Notes: a model not told the origin generated them from the letters alone. A stretch of 64,000 nt of DNA from Lautropia sp. (GCA_030523825.1 JAUNHU010000003.1:3346-67345); one strand, 5' to 3'; counted from the stretch's first letter, positions 49,693 to 63,575 are shown. Numbers and translations are program-made.

Positions 49693-51146
49693 GGTTTGGT
49701 GGTTCCTTGAATGCCCTGCAGCAGGCGCCCCCCATCTGCGCTCAGACGGTATTTTTGCAGTCGGCTGTTGGGCTTATCGGGCAGCGTCTGTTCAACAAGC
49801 CCTGCTGCCAAGGCAGGCAACAAGTAGGCTTTGCGGAAATGCTCCCGGTCGGCAAGGCCCAACGAGGTTTGCAGCTCCCTGCGGAAATGTTCACCTGTCA
49901 TGGCCTCCAGAAGCTGCATGACTTGCGGGGTGACTTGCGGGGTAATTCGCTCAGATCCCCGGGCTTCGACATATCCGGCGCTTTCATCCCATTGTGGCCT
50001 TGGCCGCTGAAGCACGGCACTGAACTGATTTCCCCGGTCTTCACTGATCAGCTCGATCTGCGGCCATTCCTTCAAGGCTCGGGGAATGCCACTGCCGAGC
50101 CCCCGGTAAGGCAACAGTCTGAAGGCGTGCTCCGCCAGCATGGGGTTGCGGCGGTTGGTCTTGCCCTGCCGGATATCATCCACGCTCAGCGCATCAGGCA
50201 GGCCTCCGGGGCTGAGGATTTCCAGTCTATCGTTGAAGATCAGAATGCGGATCGGGGCACTGGTGAAGTAATCACGGTGCACCAAGGCATTCACCAGCAG
50301 TTCCTGCAGGACGATCTCCGGAATTTCCAGCTGCCCTTGCGAGTTGAAGCCCTGGTCGCCCTGCACTCGATGCAGGTTGCGTTTCATGAAGGCCAGCGCC
50401 TCGGTGTACTGGGCACTGAGGGTACCGCTGATATCCTGGCTATCGAGATAGCGGGTATCGGCAATGCTGGCTCCCGGAAAGGCCACGGCCTTGATCGAGA
50501 ACGATGGGCGCCAGCGTGGAACATCGCGCCCGAACAGCATCAGACCGGCAAGTTTCAGCTCCTGGCCATCTCCCAGGCCCAGGTTGTGCAGCACGGCATC
50601 CAGCGGCAGGTTGGCATTGGGGTCATCCGCGCCATAATGCTTTTCAAGATACTGGCGAAAGGCCGTTTCGTCGATGTCAGCACTGGTGGTATCCGCTACC
50701 GGAACAAGGTCGGCATACACCAGGCCGACACTCTGGAACATGCGCTGCAATTCTTCGCGCGCGGTCACCTGGCGCTTGTCCGCTCCCTGCTTGACCCAGA
50801 TCCGTCCCTGGTGGTCGAAGTATGGCTTCGAAAGCCCGTTATGGACTTTCACCACCATGACCAACCCTTGGGGCGTGGAGATGTTCTCGGTGAGCAGGCT
50901 GATGGGCGGACGAACGTGCTGGCTGGCCGCGTTGCCCAGCAACTGATTGAGACGATGCACCTCGGCCGTATCCAAGCCGGCAATGCTGCCATCGTCGTTC
51001 ACGCCCAGTAGCAAGGTACCTCCCCCGCTGTTGGAGAAGGCCGCCAGTTCCGTTGCCAATGCATCCGGATGGCTGACACTACGCTTGAACTGCTGACGGC
51101 TGTGCTCGCCCTGAGCGATGCGTTGAAGCAGTTCGGCCTCGGTCAT
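49689..51146 (-). CDS. Schlafen/AlbA_2 + HATPase_c_4 (RecG-C-like) + C-terminal winged-helix protein
   Basis: GEHSRQQFK...AFSNSGGGTLLLGVNDDG (AlbA_2); ELLVNALVHRDY, RLEILSPGGL, RNP and GSGIPR; TPQVTPQV linker then YLLPAL..GL.E.T.PDKPNSRLQKYRL. Confidence 0.88.
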   Translation of the reverse strand: MTEAELLQRIAQGEHSRQQFKRSVSHPDALATELAAFSNSGGGTLLLGVNDDGSIAGLDTAEVHRLNQLLGNAASQHVRPPISLLTENISTPQGLVMVVKVHNGLSKPYFDHQGRIWVKQGADKRQVTAREELQRMFQSVGLVYADLVPVADTTSADIDETAFRQYLEKHYGADDPNANLPLDAVLHNLGLGDGQELKLAGLMLFGRDVPRWRPSFSIKAVAFPGASIADTRYLDSQDISGTLSAQYTEALAFMKRNLHRVQGDQGFNSQGQLEIPEIVLQELLVNALVHRDYFTSAPIRILIFNDRLEILSPGGLPDALSVDDIRQGKTNRRNPMLAEHAFRLLPYRGLGSGIPRALKEWPQIELISEDRGNQFSAVLQRPRPQWDESAGYVEARGSERITPQVTPQVMQLLEAMTGEHFRRELQTSLGLADREHFRKAYLLPALAAGLVEQTLPDKPNSRLQKYRLSADGGRLLQGIQGTTKP

Positions 51147-51386
51147 GAGGCCCTCGTTCCTATTGCTCATAGGCAAACAACCTGGCAATCTCCCGCCCCT
51201 GGACAAGCCTGTGCAGCAACGAACCCAGGCTCTTTCATCAGCGCCAATGCCTTCTCCGTGCGCGCCTTCCGGCCGGGGTTCAGCGGTGCCATCGCATGCC
51301 AGGCAGCACGACAGATACAAAAAAGCTCGGCGTGGCGACATGAAAACCACATGGGATTCATGTCGCCTGCTCCGATCAACCGTGCA

Positions 51387-53054
<1,668 letters not shown>

Positions 53055-53218
53055 GTTGCAGAGGGGAAGATGCAGGGACAGGCAGAGACTCCGCCTGCCG
53101 TCTCGGATTCGTGGATGAATCTGCCATTATCGCAGACCTCGGGGCGGGCTGCCCGGCGAAGGCGGGGCGAGACCGGCGGCCAGGGGCGCTGGCTGGGTGG
53201 CTGTGGCGGGCCGCCCTC

Positions 53219-53530
53219 CTAGAACAGACGCCACCGGCGCCTTATCCGGCCACCTTCGGAGACTATGTGGCCATGCCCGTCGATGATGATCGAGTAGCTA
53301 CCCTCCAGCTGCCGGCCATCGTCGATGAGCCCCATGATTCTCCTGTTGCGGCGCTCGGAGTCATCGTGCATGACTTCGATTTCGATCTGGTAAAAATCGT
53401 CGTCACCAGGCACACCATGCTCAAGCGCAAATGGCTGCGCATTCTCGCCTGGCTGCAAGTCGGGCTGGGCAGCCCTGTACTTGCGGACTTCCGAGCGAAT
53501 GATCGACAGAAGCCGATCCTCTTTTTTCAT
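53219..53530 (-). CDS. Small hypothetical protein
   Basis: 103-aa ORF (MKKEDRLL...YQIEIEV..DD...IMGLIDDG...IIIDGHGHIVSE) filling the gap between a hairpin and ettA. Confidence 0.6.
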   Translation of the reverse strand: MKKEDRLLSIIRSEVRKYRAAQPDLQPGENAQPFALEHGVPGDDDFYQIEIEVMHDDSERRNRRIMGLIDDGRQLEGSYSIIIDGHGHIVSEGGRIRRRWRLF

Positions 53531-53599
53531 GCATCTTCCTGCGCGGGCAATGGCCGAAAGGTTCCTGACGCGGCACAGGCAAACGGGCCATGCCAACGA

Positions 53600-53687
53600 G
53601 AAAAGCCCACGCAGTCGATGTGAACATCCTTGCATGGGCTTTCTTGCAAAACAAAGCCCGCCCATCCGGCCTGACGGGGCCGGATGG
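53600..53687 (-). terminator. Two hairpins downstream of the S41 peptidase
   Basis: CCATCCGGCC-tgacgg-GGCCGGATGG and GAAAAGCCCA...TGGGCTTTTC. Confidence 0.55.
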
Positions 53688-53725
53688 AAGGCCGGGGACA
53701 GGGAGTTGCCCCCGGCACTATGGCC

Positions 53726-55441
53726 TCACTGCGCCGTAGCGGGACGCCGAAGGTCTTCTGGACGGACGATGCTCGCCTCCATCAGCGGGCTGCGCAAGAC
53801 GCGCATTGCCGGCGCCCCGGTATCAAGCGACTTGGTGGCAGTCGAGGCGGGGTCGGTTCCTGCCGGGCATGCGCCATGCTGGCGATGATGGAGCGCAGCA
53901 ACCATCAGGGGATCATTGGCATCCCCTTGAGGACGGCTCAGGTCATCGGCCACCCGGCACGTGGGCGCAATGCCTTCGTCATAATCCCCCTGCCCCTTGG
54001 CATTCAACGCCCGCCCCAGAACCGGCAGATACGCCAAACCGCAGTTCTGCTGCGGAATTTGAACAAAGGGCTTGCCGCAGGTGGTGTCACCAATCACCAC
54101 CACCTCCACATCAATCCCGCGCAAACCGTTGATGTATTCCTCGCTGGCGGAGCAACTGGCCTGCGTGGTCAGCACGTACACCCGGCGCAGCCCCAGATTG
54201 GGCAATGCCTGCCCTGCTGTGGTGCCCGTGCCCGGATCACCGGTCGTCTTGTCGATGAAGCCCAACTGGGAATCAGGCAGGTTCTCCAAAGGGCGCATCT
54301 TTTCGTTAAAGGAAAACCGGGAAAACAGCTTGCCTTGCGACCGTGCAGGATCTGCCGTCATGTAGGCCAGCTGCGCAGACTGATCTACCAGCCCGCCCCC
54401 GTTATATCGCAGATCGACAACGAGATCCTGGACACCTTCTGCTTTCAGGCGTTCCATCGCCGTTTTCAGCTGCCCTTCCAGCGGGGACTGAAAAGCCTCA
54501 ATTGACAGATAACCAATTTTGCCGGCACCGGAAGGTGGAGTCAGTGTTTTTACCCCCGTCACAAGCTGTTTCGGGAAACGTGCGCCGTTCAATGTCAACG
54601 TGCGAACCTGGCCTGCCGCATTACGGAAACGCAACGTGGCAGGAGCCCCCATCTCAATGCCCTCCATAACCAGATCCAATTGCATCGCATCACCAGAGCC
54701 CGGCTGGATATTTGCCAACACAATTTCTGACCCTTCTCCGCTCCTGATGGCAAGCAACCGATCACCACGCTGCACACCAGCCGCAGCTGCGGGGCCTGCT
54801 TCGCTCACCCTGGCAACTCGCACAACAAGACCGCCTGCAGGCGCTTGCCCAACAGCCCAGGTGACTCCTGGCCCCGCCTTCTGATCGGCTTCCATCGTCT
54901 GCTGCCACTGCTCAATGGGACGAACATCACTGAAGCGGTCTCTGAATTTTCCATTAGGCAGGCGCTCCTTGATCACGGACGCGCCAAGATATCCACGAAC
55001 TGCGAGGTAATGCTCCCCCTGAGCAAAAGCCGGCTCATCCGGGCTCACCTGCGGCATCTGCGCCTGCCAGTAGTAGACCTGATTCATGTACGCCTGAACA
55101 AACTGCAACTCCTTCTGGCGGGTGGCCTTCTGGTACGTGATGCCCGCTGGTGCCAGCGAGTTGCCATTGGCATCAAAGGCAAAGGAGTTGTCGGGCGCGC
55201 ACTGGTTGGCGTGGGCCTTCACCTGGGGGAACAACGAGCCCAAGTCTGAACGCTGCGCAGCCTGTGCAACAGCATTGGCATCGTTGGCGCCACCACCCGC
55301 TGGCGCAGCCCGGTCGGGCGAGTTGCTGACGGCGTTGTCTCCATCCCCTCCGCCACCGCAGGCACTCAGTGCGGCAATCAGCAGGCATGCCAGTGTGGTG
55401 CGGCCATAGCCTGCGCGTTCGGGTCTGCGGTTTGCAGCCAT
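53726..55441 (-). CDS. Lipoprotein S41-family (tail-specific) peptidase with PDZ domain, paralog A
   Basis: LSACGGG lipobox, PDZ (GPAAAAGVQRGD), DLRYNGGG, catalytic SCSASE and TCGKP. Confidence 0.9.
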   Translation of the reverse strand: MAANRRPERAGYGRTTLACLLIAALSACGGGGDGDNAVSNSPDRAAPAGGGANDANAVAQAAQRSDLGSLFPQVKAHANQCAPDNSFAFDANGNSLAPAGITYQKATRQKELQFVQAYMNQVYYWQAQMPQVSPDEPAFAQGEHYLAVRGYLGASVIKERLPNGKFRDRFSDVRPIEQWQQTMEADQKAGPGVTWAVGQAPAGGLVVRVARVSEAGPAAAAGVQRGDRLLAIRSGEGSEIVLANIQPGSGDAMQLDLVMEGIEMGAPATLRFRNAAGQVRTLTLNGARFPKQLVTGVKTLTPPSGAGKIGYLSIEAFQSPLEGQLKTAMERLKAEGVQDLVVDLRYNGGGLVDQSAQLAYMTADPARSQGKLFSRFSFNEKMRPLENLPDSQLGFIDKTTGDPGTGTTAGQALPNLGLRRVYVLTTQASCSASEEYINGLRGIDVEVVVIGDTTCGKPFVQIPQQNCGLAYLPVLGRALNAKGQGDYDEGIAPTCRVADDLSRPQGDANDPLMVAALHHRQHGACPAGTDPASTATKSLDTGAPAMRVLRSPLMEASIVRPEDLRRPATAQ

Positions 55442-55679
55442 GTTTCCCCCTCGTTGTCTTGTTCAAATTGGCGTTTATTGAACAACGATGAGGGAAGATG
55501 CGTGCGAATACCACTCAAAACGGTGGGGAGATCATATCGAGATCAAGCCATTTTTCGACCACATTCCCCACATGTGTTACACGCGGCTGCAGATTCACGC
55601 AGCGATGACGCGCCGCTGCCCGACAACCGGGCTTGGCGGCCGCAGCGGAAACTTCAGCCGCAACGGTGGCGCCTGCGCT

Positions 55680-56252
55680 TCACTGCTGCCCGGGCGTGAA
55701 ACACCGGCACTCGCGCAGCAGCGTGGCAGCCGGCACCGGGCGCACGGCAGAGGATTGGGCCGGAACCACCGCCATGCAGCCATTGGGGCCGAAACGCAGC
55801 TGCATGACGAAGGGGTTGGGCTTGCCGCGGCGGCCGTCGATGATGTTGCCATCCGGCCCCTTCACGAAGACCTGATCCAGCACCAGTTCGCTGCTGTCGA
55901 CGAAAGCCTTGTCCCCCAGCACCACGCGCCGGCCGCTGAACTTTTCAGCCACGGTTTCCAGCGCGGCGATGCAGGCGTTGCTGTTCTGTGCCGAGAGGAG
56001 GGCATGCGGCATGTCCGACAGCGAGGCCCCCGGCTTGATGGCCTTTTCGGGGAGAACCACCGGGGCTTCGGTCTGCTTGCGGGAGAACTCGATGGCCTCG
56101 TTTTCCAGTTCCCTGGCGCTCTTTACGGTGCGGCCACTGTCGGTGGCGCATCCGGCCAGCAGCACGGCTGCCAGCAGCGCTGCCGACATCCCCGAAAATC
56201 CGGCACGAAAAGACTTGTGTGGCAGGCGGGGTGTCGACAGTGGCATGGTCAT
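55680..56252 (-). CDS. Small uncharacterised lipoprotein
   Basis: LLAGC lipobox and four further Cys; ATGA overlap with the stop of S41 paralog B. Confidence 0.75.
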   Translation of the reverse strand: MTMPLSTPRLPHKSFRAGFSGMSAALLAAVLLAGCATDSGRTVKSARELENEAIEFSRKQTEAPVVLPEKAIKPGASLSDMPHALLSAQNSNACIAALETVAEKFSGRRVVLGDKAFVDSSELVLDQVFVKGPDGNIIDGRRGKPNPFVMQLRFGPNGCMAVVPAQSSAVRPVPAATLLRECRCFTPGQQ

Positions 56253-57793
56253 GGCATCAGGAACTTGTTGGTGAACTGGGGGCCCAGCCGCAGCAGGGGT
56301 TTGGCGAAGCTTGCATCGTCGTCGCCCAGCGACTTGGCGGCCACAGGGGTCGGGCACTGGCCGGTACGGCGGTGATGCAGGGCCGCGGCCAGCAGCCCTT
56401 CACGGGTGTCGCCCAGGGCATGCGAGAAGTCATCGTCTACCCGGCAGGTGGGCACGAAGCCATTCTCGAAATCGTTGGCGCCCTTGGCGTTCACACCCAC
56501 GAACTCGATCGGAAAGTATGACATACCGCAGTTGTCACGCGCGGTGAAGCCGTAGGGCTTGCCGCAGGTGGCGTTGCCGATCTGGACGATCTCGACATCC
56601 ACGCCGCGCAGGCCGTTGATGAGCGACTCGCTGGCCGAGCAGGTATCGGGGCCGGTGAGCACATATACCCGGCGCAGCCCCAGGTTGGGCAGGGCACGCC
56701 CGGCGCCCGTGCCGGTGCCATCGGTACCGCTGCTGGTGGTGCGGAATTCCAGCACACTGTCCGGACTCTGGTTCTCGGCCTGACGCCTGTCGTTGTAGCG
56801 CAGCCGCTCGTAGATCTTGCCCTGGGTCAGCGCCGGGTCGGCCAGCATCCAGGCCAGCTGCGAGGACTGATACAGGTAGCCGCCGCCGTTGTAGCGCAGG
56901 TCGATGACGGCATCCGTGACCTGGGCAGCCTTCAGGCGCTCGACTGCCTCGATCATGGCCGACTCCAGCGGCAGGATGAAGCGGTTGAACATCAGATAGC
57001 CGATCTTGCCACCATCAGCGGTATCGAGGACGGTGCTGATCTGCACCGGATTGGCCCGGTATTCACCCGCCTGAAGCTGCACGGCAGGCTGCACTGCGCC
57101 GGCTCGCTGGACGCTGAGACCAAGCTCCTGCCCATTCACGGGATTGAGCAGTCGCTGGTTCACTTCGGCCAGCTCGGCCTGATCACGGGTGTTGCGCACG
57201 TCGATCATCCGACCCTGACTGCCCACCACCCCCACCACTTCGTCACCGCGCTGCAGACCCAGGCGTGCGGCTGGCGTACCTTCCAGCACGTAGGCCACCA
57301 CCACCCGCCGGGGAACCTCGTTCTTCAGCACGGCAAACTGGGCGCCATAGCCAAGCACCACACCCGCCTGTGAGGACGCCTTCCACTCGGCCGTGCTCAT
57401 CGCAAAGCTGAAGCGATCCTTGAAGGTACCCGCAGCCGTCTTGGCCGTGGTGAGGTGCGATCGGAACCAGCGGTTCATGTTGCCGGCATGATCGCTGGTA
57501 TTGAAAGCATCCAGGCTCGGGGCCACGAGGGACATTTCGTGGTGCCACAGGTACTGATCCTGCATGTACTGCCGGACAAAGGCACGCTCATTCTCGATGC
57601 TGCCGGCGTGATACCCCGGCAGGAAAGCGCCGCTGCCATCACGTGCCAGCGGGTTGGCGGGTGAACACAGGTTGGCGTGACTGAGCGTGGAGCCGGACAG
57701 ATGGCGGTCAGCCGGGTTGCCTCCACCGCCACCACCGCAGGCAGCAAGGGCACTGATCGTCAGCAGATAAAGTGAAAGGCGACGGATGTTCAT
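56249..57793 (-). CDS. Lipoprotein S41-family peptidase with PDZ domain, paralog B
   Basis: MNIRR..LAACGGG lipobox, PDZ (TPAARLGLQRGD), DLRYNGGG, TCSASE, TCGKPYG. Confidence 0.9.
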   Translation of the reverse strand: MNIRRLSLYLLTISALAACGGGGGGNPADRHLSGSTLSHANLCSPANPLARDGSGAFLPGYHAGSIENERAFVRQYMQDQYLWHHEMSLVAPSLDAFNTSDHAGNMNRWFRSHLTTAKTAAGTFKDRFSFAMSTAEWKASSQAGVVLGYGAQFAVLKNEVPRRVVVAYVLEGTPAARLGLQRGDEVVGVVGSQGRMIDVRNTRDQAELAEVNQRLLNPVNGQELGLSVQRAGAVQPAVQLQAGEYRANPVQISTVLDTADGGKIGYLMFNRFILPLESAMIEAVERLKAAQVTDAVIDLRYNGGGYLYQSSQLAWMLADPALTQGKIYERLRYNDRRQAENQSPDSVLEFRTTSSGTDGTGTGAGRALPNLGLRRVYVLTGPDTCSASESLINGLRGVDVEIVQIGNATCGKPYGFTARDNCGMSYFPIEFVGVNAKGANDFENGFVPTCRVDDDFSHALGDTREGLLAAALHHRRTGQCPTPVAAKSLGDDDASFAKPLLRLGPQFTNKFLMP

Positions 57794-57915
57794 CGGTCTG
57801 AGCTGGGCCAGAAATGGCAAGTGTAGTTTTCCCGACCGGATCATGCCGGCAAACCCGTTGACTGCCAATGCAGTTTGCCCGGACCAGCCGGCAAATGGTT
57901 TGTCGCGGCCGCCCA

Positions 57916-59577
57916 TCAGGGCAAAGGTTCCGGCAGGTTCTCGGCTCTGGGCAGGCTGCGCCCCAGCACCAGATCAGCCCCCTTTTCGGCAATCATCAGC
58001 ACCGAGGCATTGGTGTTCACCGACGGCAGGCTCGGCATGATCGAGGCGTCGATGACGCGCAGGCCCTGCATGCCATGCACCCGCAGCTCGGCATCGACCA
58101 CGCTGTCGGCACGCCCGGCCGGCCCCATGCGGCAGGTGCCCACCAGATGATAGACGGTGGCACCGTTTCTGCGCGCAAAGTCCAGAAACTCGTCGTCGGT
58201 CTGGCACGCCGCGCCAGGTGCCGTTTCCTCGACGAAATAAGGCGCCATCCGCTTGCTCTGGAACATCCGACGCCCTATCCGCATGGCATCGAGCAGCACG
58301 CGCTGGTCGCGCTCGTCGGTCAGGTAGTTGGGCTGGATGAGCGGCTGCACGAAGGGGTCCGGACAGGTCAGTGCAACGAAGCCGTGGCTTTCAGGTCGCC
58401 CCTGCCAGATACCCAGGGTGGCGCCGGGATAATCATCCAGATCGCCGATAATCCCTTCCCTGAAGCTGGCGGGCGAGAAGACGCCTTCCACATCGGGCCT
58501 TGGCACGTCCGGACGCGATTTGAAGAAAACGTGTACCAGAGACGCACTGACACCAAAGGGGCTGGGTTTGCCAAACAGCCATTTCAAGCCTTCGGTGACG
58601 AGTCCCGGTCCGCGCACCAGCTGGTTGATGCTCTGCACCCCTTTCAGCCGGGCGACCATGCGCATGCGGTAGTGGTCACGCAGGTTGCGGCCCACACCCG
58701 ACAAGGCATGCAGCACGGGCACACCGGCTGCCTGCAGCACATCTGCAGGCCCCACGCCGGAAAGCTGCAACAGGCGCGCCGAGTTGACCGACCCCGCGCA
58801 GAGAATCACTTCCCGGCTGGCGCGGATCAGTTCACGCTGGCCATGAGAGTCACCAGACACATATTCGACACCAACGGCACGCTTTCCCTCGAACACGATG
58901 CGCGTGGCCTGCGCATGCGTGAGAACCTTCAGTTGCGGGTGTTTGCGGACGGGTTTCAGAAAGGCTTTTGCCGAGCTTTGACGAAAGCGCTGCGCAATGG
59001 TGCGCTGGAAATAGCCGCTGCCGGCATGCGTTGCGCCGTTGTAATCGGGGGTGCGCTCGATGCCCAGTTCCTTCAGCCCCTCGATGAAGGTGTCACAGAT
59101 GGGCAGCACCCAGTCGGGCTCCGTGACCGATAATTCGCCCCGCCGGCCACGAAACCGGTCATCGCCCTGCCCCAGTTTCTGTTCCGAGCGCATGAAGTAG
59201 GGCAGGATGTCGGCATAGGACCAGCCCGGATTTCCGGCCTTCTCCCAACCATCATAGTCGGCACGCTGCCCCCGGACATGCGACAGGCCGTTGATGGAGC
59301 TGGAGCCACCCAGCACGCGCCCCTGCGGCAGATCGAATTCGCGTCCGACAAAGGCGCCGGCCCGCCCCCTGAAATTCCAGGTGAGGGTCTTGCTGTGAAT
59401 GGTCTTCACATACCCTGCCGGCATGTGAATCATGGGGTGAAAATCTTCGGGACCTGCTTCCAGCAGACAGACTTTTGCCCCACTGCTGACGAGACGATTG
59501 GTGACGACACAGCCAGCCGTTCCCGCTCCGACCACGATGTAGTCAAAACGCCCCGACTCTTTGACTGCCACACTCAT
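57916..59577 (-). CDS. GMC oxidoreductase (choline dehydrogenase-like)
   Basis: [14 protein letters not shown] motif, [36 protein letters not shown]. Confidence 0.93.
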   Translation of the reverse strand: MSVAVKESGRFDYIVVGAGTAGCVVTNRLVSSGAKVCLLEAGPEDFHPMIHMPAGYVKTIHSKTLTWNFRGRAGAFVGREFDLPQGRVLGGSSSINGLSHVRGQRADYDGWEKAGNPGWSYADILPYFMRSEQKLGQGDDRFRGRRGELSVTEPDWVLPICDTFIEGLKELGIERTPDYNGATHAGSGYFQRTIAQRFRQSSAKAFLKPVRKHPQLKVLTHAQATRIVFEGKRAVGVEYVSGDSHGQRELIRASREVILCAGSVNSARLLQLSGVGPADVLQAAGVPVLHALSGVGRNLRDHYRMRMVARLKGVQSINQLVRGPGLVTEGLKWLFGKPSPFGVSASLVHVFFKSRPDVPRPDVEGVFSPASFREGIIGDLDDYPGATLGIWQGRPESHGFVALTCPDPFVQPLIQPNYLTDERDQRVLLDAMRIGRRMFQSKRMAPYFVEETAPGAACQTDDEFLDFARRNGATVYHLVGTCRMGPAGRADSVVDAELRVHGMQGLRVIDASIMPSLPSVNTNASVLMIAEKGADLVLGRSLPRAENLPEPLP

Positions 59578-59850
59578 GACCTCTCCTTCAAGGAAGTGGA
59601 GAAGGCCACGCATCGCGGCGGTCACGCAATCTCATCAAATGAGCATTTCACCCGATGCTGATGACCCCGGCCGTGATGTCTGTTCGCACACAAGGACTCT
59701 ATCCCGTGCTGCAGATACCAGCATATCCCTTTCAACCACACCCGGCCGCTTCCCTGAAAGGCAGACTAACCGCAATTCCGCCACTTGAAACGATTTTGGC
59801 GAAATAAAAAGTCTTTGTGTCTTGCCGCAGCCGCGCCGTGCTTCCAATTG

Positions 59851-61014
59851 TTACTTCAGCACCAAATTGTCACGATGAATCAGATCGGTTTCGTCCACGA
59901 AACCCAGAATTTCCTCGATCTTTGATGAGGGTTGCCCCATCAGGCGACGGGCATCCGTCACCGCGTAATTCGACAATCCGCGTGCCACTTCCTGACCATC
60001 CGGCCCGACGATGGCCACCAGTTCACCCCGGCCGAAATCACCATCGACGGCTGTGACACCGATGGGCAGCAGGCTCCGCCCGCCGGACTGCAGGGCCTTC
60101 ACCGCACCGGCATCCACCCGCACCGTGCCGCGCACCTGCAGGTGGTCTGCCATCCATTTCTTGCGGGCCGCCATGCGCGGCGTCTGCGCCACGAAGCGCG
60201 TGCCAATCGACTCACCCGCCATCAGGCGCAGCAGGACATCGGGCTCATGGCCGGAACAGACGACGGTGGAGGTGCCGCTCTCGGCCGCACGCTTCGCGGC
60301 CAGCACCTTGGTCAGCATGCCGCCAGTGCCCACACTGCTGCCAGCCCCACCCGCCATGCGCTCCAGCTCCGGGTCTCCTGCCTTCACTTCCGGCAACAGG
60401 CGGGCGGTCGGGTCGCGGCGCGGATCGGCTGTATACAGGCCGGTCTGATCGGTGAGAATGACCAGCAATTCCGCTTCGGTCAGGTTGCCAACCAGCGCCC
60501 CCAGCGTGTCGTTGTCCCCCACCTTGATCTCGTCGGTAATGACCGAATCGTTCTCGTTGATGATGGGAACCACGCCCAGCGCCAGCAGACGGCGCAGCAT
60601 CGAGCGCGCATTCAGATACCGGCGACGGTCGGCCAGGTCTTCATGCGTGAGCAGCACCTGCGCCGTGACGATGCCATGACGACGGAAACTGCTCTCATAG
60701 GCCTGTGCGATGCCCATCTGGCCGATGGCTGCAGCCGCCTGCAGGTCAGCCACCTCGCGCGGCCTGCGCGGCCAGCCCAGCCGCTTCACCCCTTCGGCAA
60801 TGGCACCCGACGACACCAGCATGATCTCGGGCAGGACACGATCCGGCTCACCTTCCTCATGCCCCTGACTGGCTGCTGCCTGGCGCATCCGGCCACGCAG
60901 GGCGGCAATCTGCTCGCTCCAGCCGTCAATCATCGACTGATCGACGCCCTGACCACCACGTGTCACCAGCGACGATCCCACCTTGATCACCAGTCGATGG
61001 GGCATTTCTTTCAT
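59851..61014 (-). CDS. proB: Glutamate 5-kinase
   Basis: [40 protein letters not shown] domain. Exact start uncertain. Confidence 0.97.
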   Translation of the reverse strand: MKEMPHRLVIKVGSSLVTRGGQGVDQSMIDGWSEQIAALRGRMRQAAASQGHEEGEPDRVLPEIMLVSSGAIAEGVKRLGWPRRPREVADLQAAAAIGQMGIAQAYESSFRRHGIVTAQVLLTHEDLADRRRYLNARSMLRRLLALGVVPIINENDSVITDEIKVGDNDTLGALVGNLTEAELLVILTDQTGLYTADPRRDPTARLLPEVKAGDPELERMAGGAGSSVGTGGMLTKVLAAKRAAESGTSTVVCSGHEPDVLLRLMAGESIGTRFVAQTPRMAARKKWMADHLQVRGTVRVDAGAVKALQSGGRSLLPIGVTAVDGDFGRGELVAIVGPDGQEVARGLSNYAVTDARRLMGQPSSKIEEILGFVDETDLIHRDNLVLK

Positions 61015-61174
61015 GGACTTCACCGTAATTCAGAATAAGAGAACGGGGGACTCAGAGCGCCCCCCCAGGCACGCCATCCGGAACGCGAAGGCATCTGGCG
61101 ATCACGCCGTCCGGCGCGCCTCCCCGGACAGCATCACCCTCATCGTGCGCTCTGCGCCCCGCGATGCGCAGGCA

Positions 61175-62419
<1,245 letters not shown>

Positions 62420-62638
62420 TCACGGAACGCCCTTCCCTGACGAAAGAGGCGCCCGCCCGGAGTTCCTCTCCGCACACGAAACGGAGCCGCCCAGCCATCA
62501 CGACAAAGTAGCGGAGACGCCGTCATTCTGAACGCAGCATGCAGAATGCAGAACAAAAAAGACGGACAAGGCCCCAAAACCCGACGCCCGGCGCCAGGCA
62601 CAACGCCTTGCCCCCGAAAACTGACTCGGGAAGCTGTC

Positions 62639-62663
62639 AAAAAAACGGCCCCTTGCCGGGGCC
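62639..62663 (-). terminator. Intrinsic terminator after rpmA
   Basis: Minus strand GGCCCC-ggcaa-GGGGCC-g-T7. Confidence 0.7.
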
Positions 62664-62769
62664 ATCCTTCTTTTGCGGAGACACACCCACAAAAGACAAG
62701 CCCCCGCCAGACGGCGAGGGCAATCTTCAGCAATGCGCCCGGCACTCAGGCACCGGGACGACTGCGGTC

Positions 62770-63042
62770 TCAGGCTGCTGCGCCTTCGACTGCGGTGATG
62801 CTGACCACCTTGTTGCTCTTGGGGCCTGCGACACCAAAGGTGACGATGCCGTCAATGAGCGCGAACAGGGTGTGATCCTTGCCGACCCCGACGTTACGAC
62901 CAGCGTGCACACGGGTGCCGCGCTGACGCACGATGATCGAACCTGCCGAGACGTGCTGGCCACCAAAAGCCTTCACGCCCAGCATCTTCGGTTTGGAGTC
63001 GCGGCCGTTTCGCGTAGAGCCGCCGCCTTTCTTCTGTGCCAT
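62770..63042 (-). CDS. rpmA: 50S ribosomal protein L27
   Basis: [33 protein letters not shown]. Confidence 0.99.
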   Translation of the reverse strand: MAQKKGGGSTRNGRDSKPKMLGVKAFGGQHVSAGSIIVRQRGTRVHAGRNVGVGKDHTLFALIDGIVTFGVAGPKSNKVVSITAVEGAAA

Positions 63043-63175
63043 GACTGATTACCTGCACGAAAGACCCTGTCGCTGCCACTGGCAGAACCCGACAGGGCCG
63101 GGTTGATTCTGTCGCCGTGCCTTCCCGCCACCAGAGGCAACGGACTGACACGACATGCTGAAAGGATCAGGGAGA

Positions 63176-63526
63176 TCAGGCAGCCTTCGGTGCCTCGGCC
63201 TTGGCCGTACCCAGATCGGAAGACACCTGCGTGATGAACAGCTCGGTGTAGTTCTGGCGATGGCCCTGACGCTTCTGATAGTGCTTGCGCCGACGCATCT
63301 TGAAGATGCGAACCTTGTCATGACGCCCTTGCGACAACACGACAGCCGACACTGCGGCACCACCAACCAGCGGTGCGCCGATCTTGACCTTGTCACCGTC
63401 ATAGACGGCCAGAACCTGATCAATCTCGATGCCGGCTCCGATGTCTGCGGGTATCTGTTCTACCTTGATTTTGTCGCCAGCAGCAACCTTGTATTGCTTG
63501 CCACCGGTTTTTATGACCGCGTACAT
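63176..63526 (-). CDS. rplU: 50S ribosomal protein L21
   Basis: [33 protein letters not shown]. Confidence 0.99.
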   Translation of the reverse strand: MYAVIKTGGKQYKVAAGDKIKVEQIPADIGAGIEIDQVLAVYDGDKVKIGAPLVGGAAVSAVVLSQGRHDKVRIFKMRRRKHYQKRQGHRQNYTELFITQVSSDLGTAKAEAPKAA

Positions 63527-63575
63527 GGAAACCTCTCAAATGAAACCTGCCCAAACGCAGGCAGGGTAGCCGTAC

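Noticed and set aside
49920-49943. 12-bp direct repeat (TPQV x2)
   Set aside because: A typical linker repeat of this protein family; it preserves the frame.
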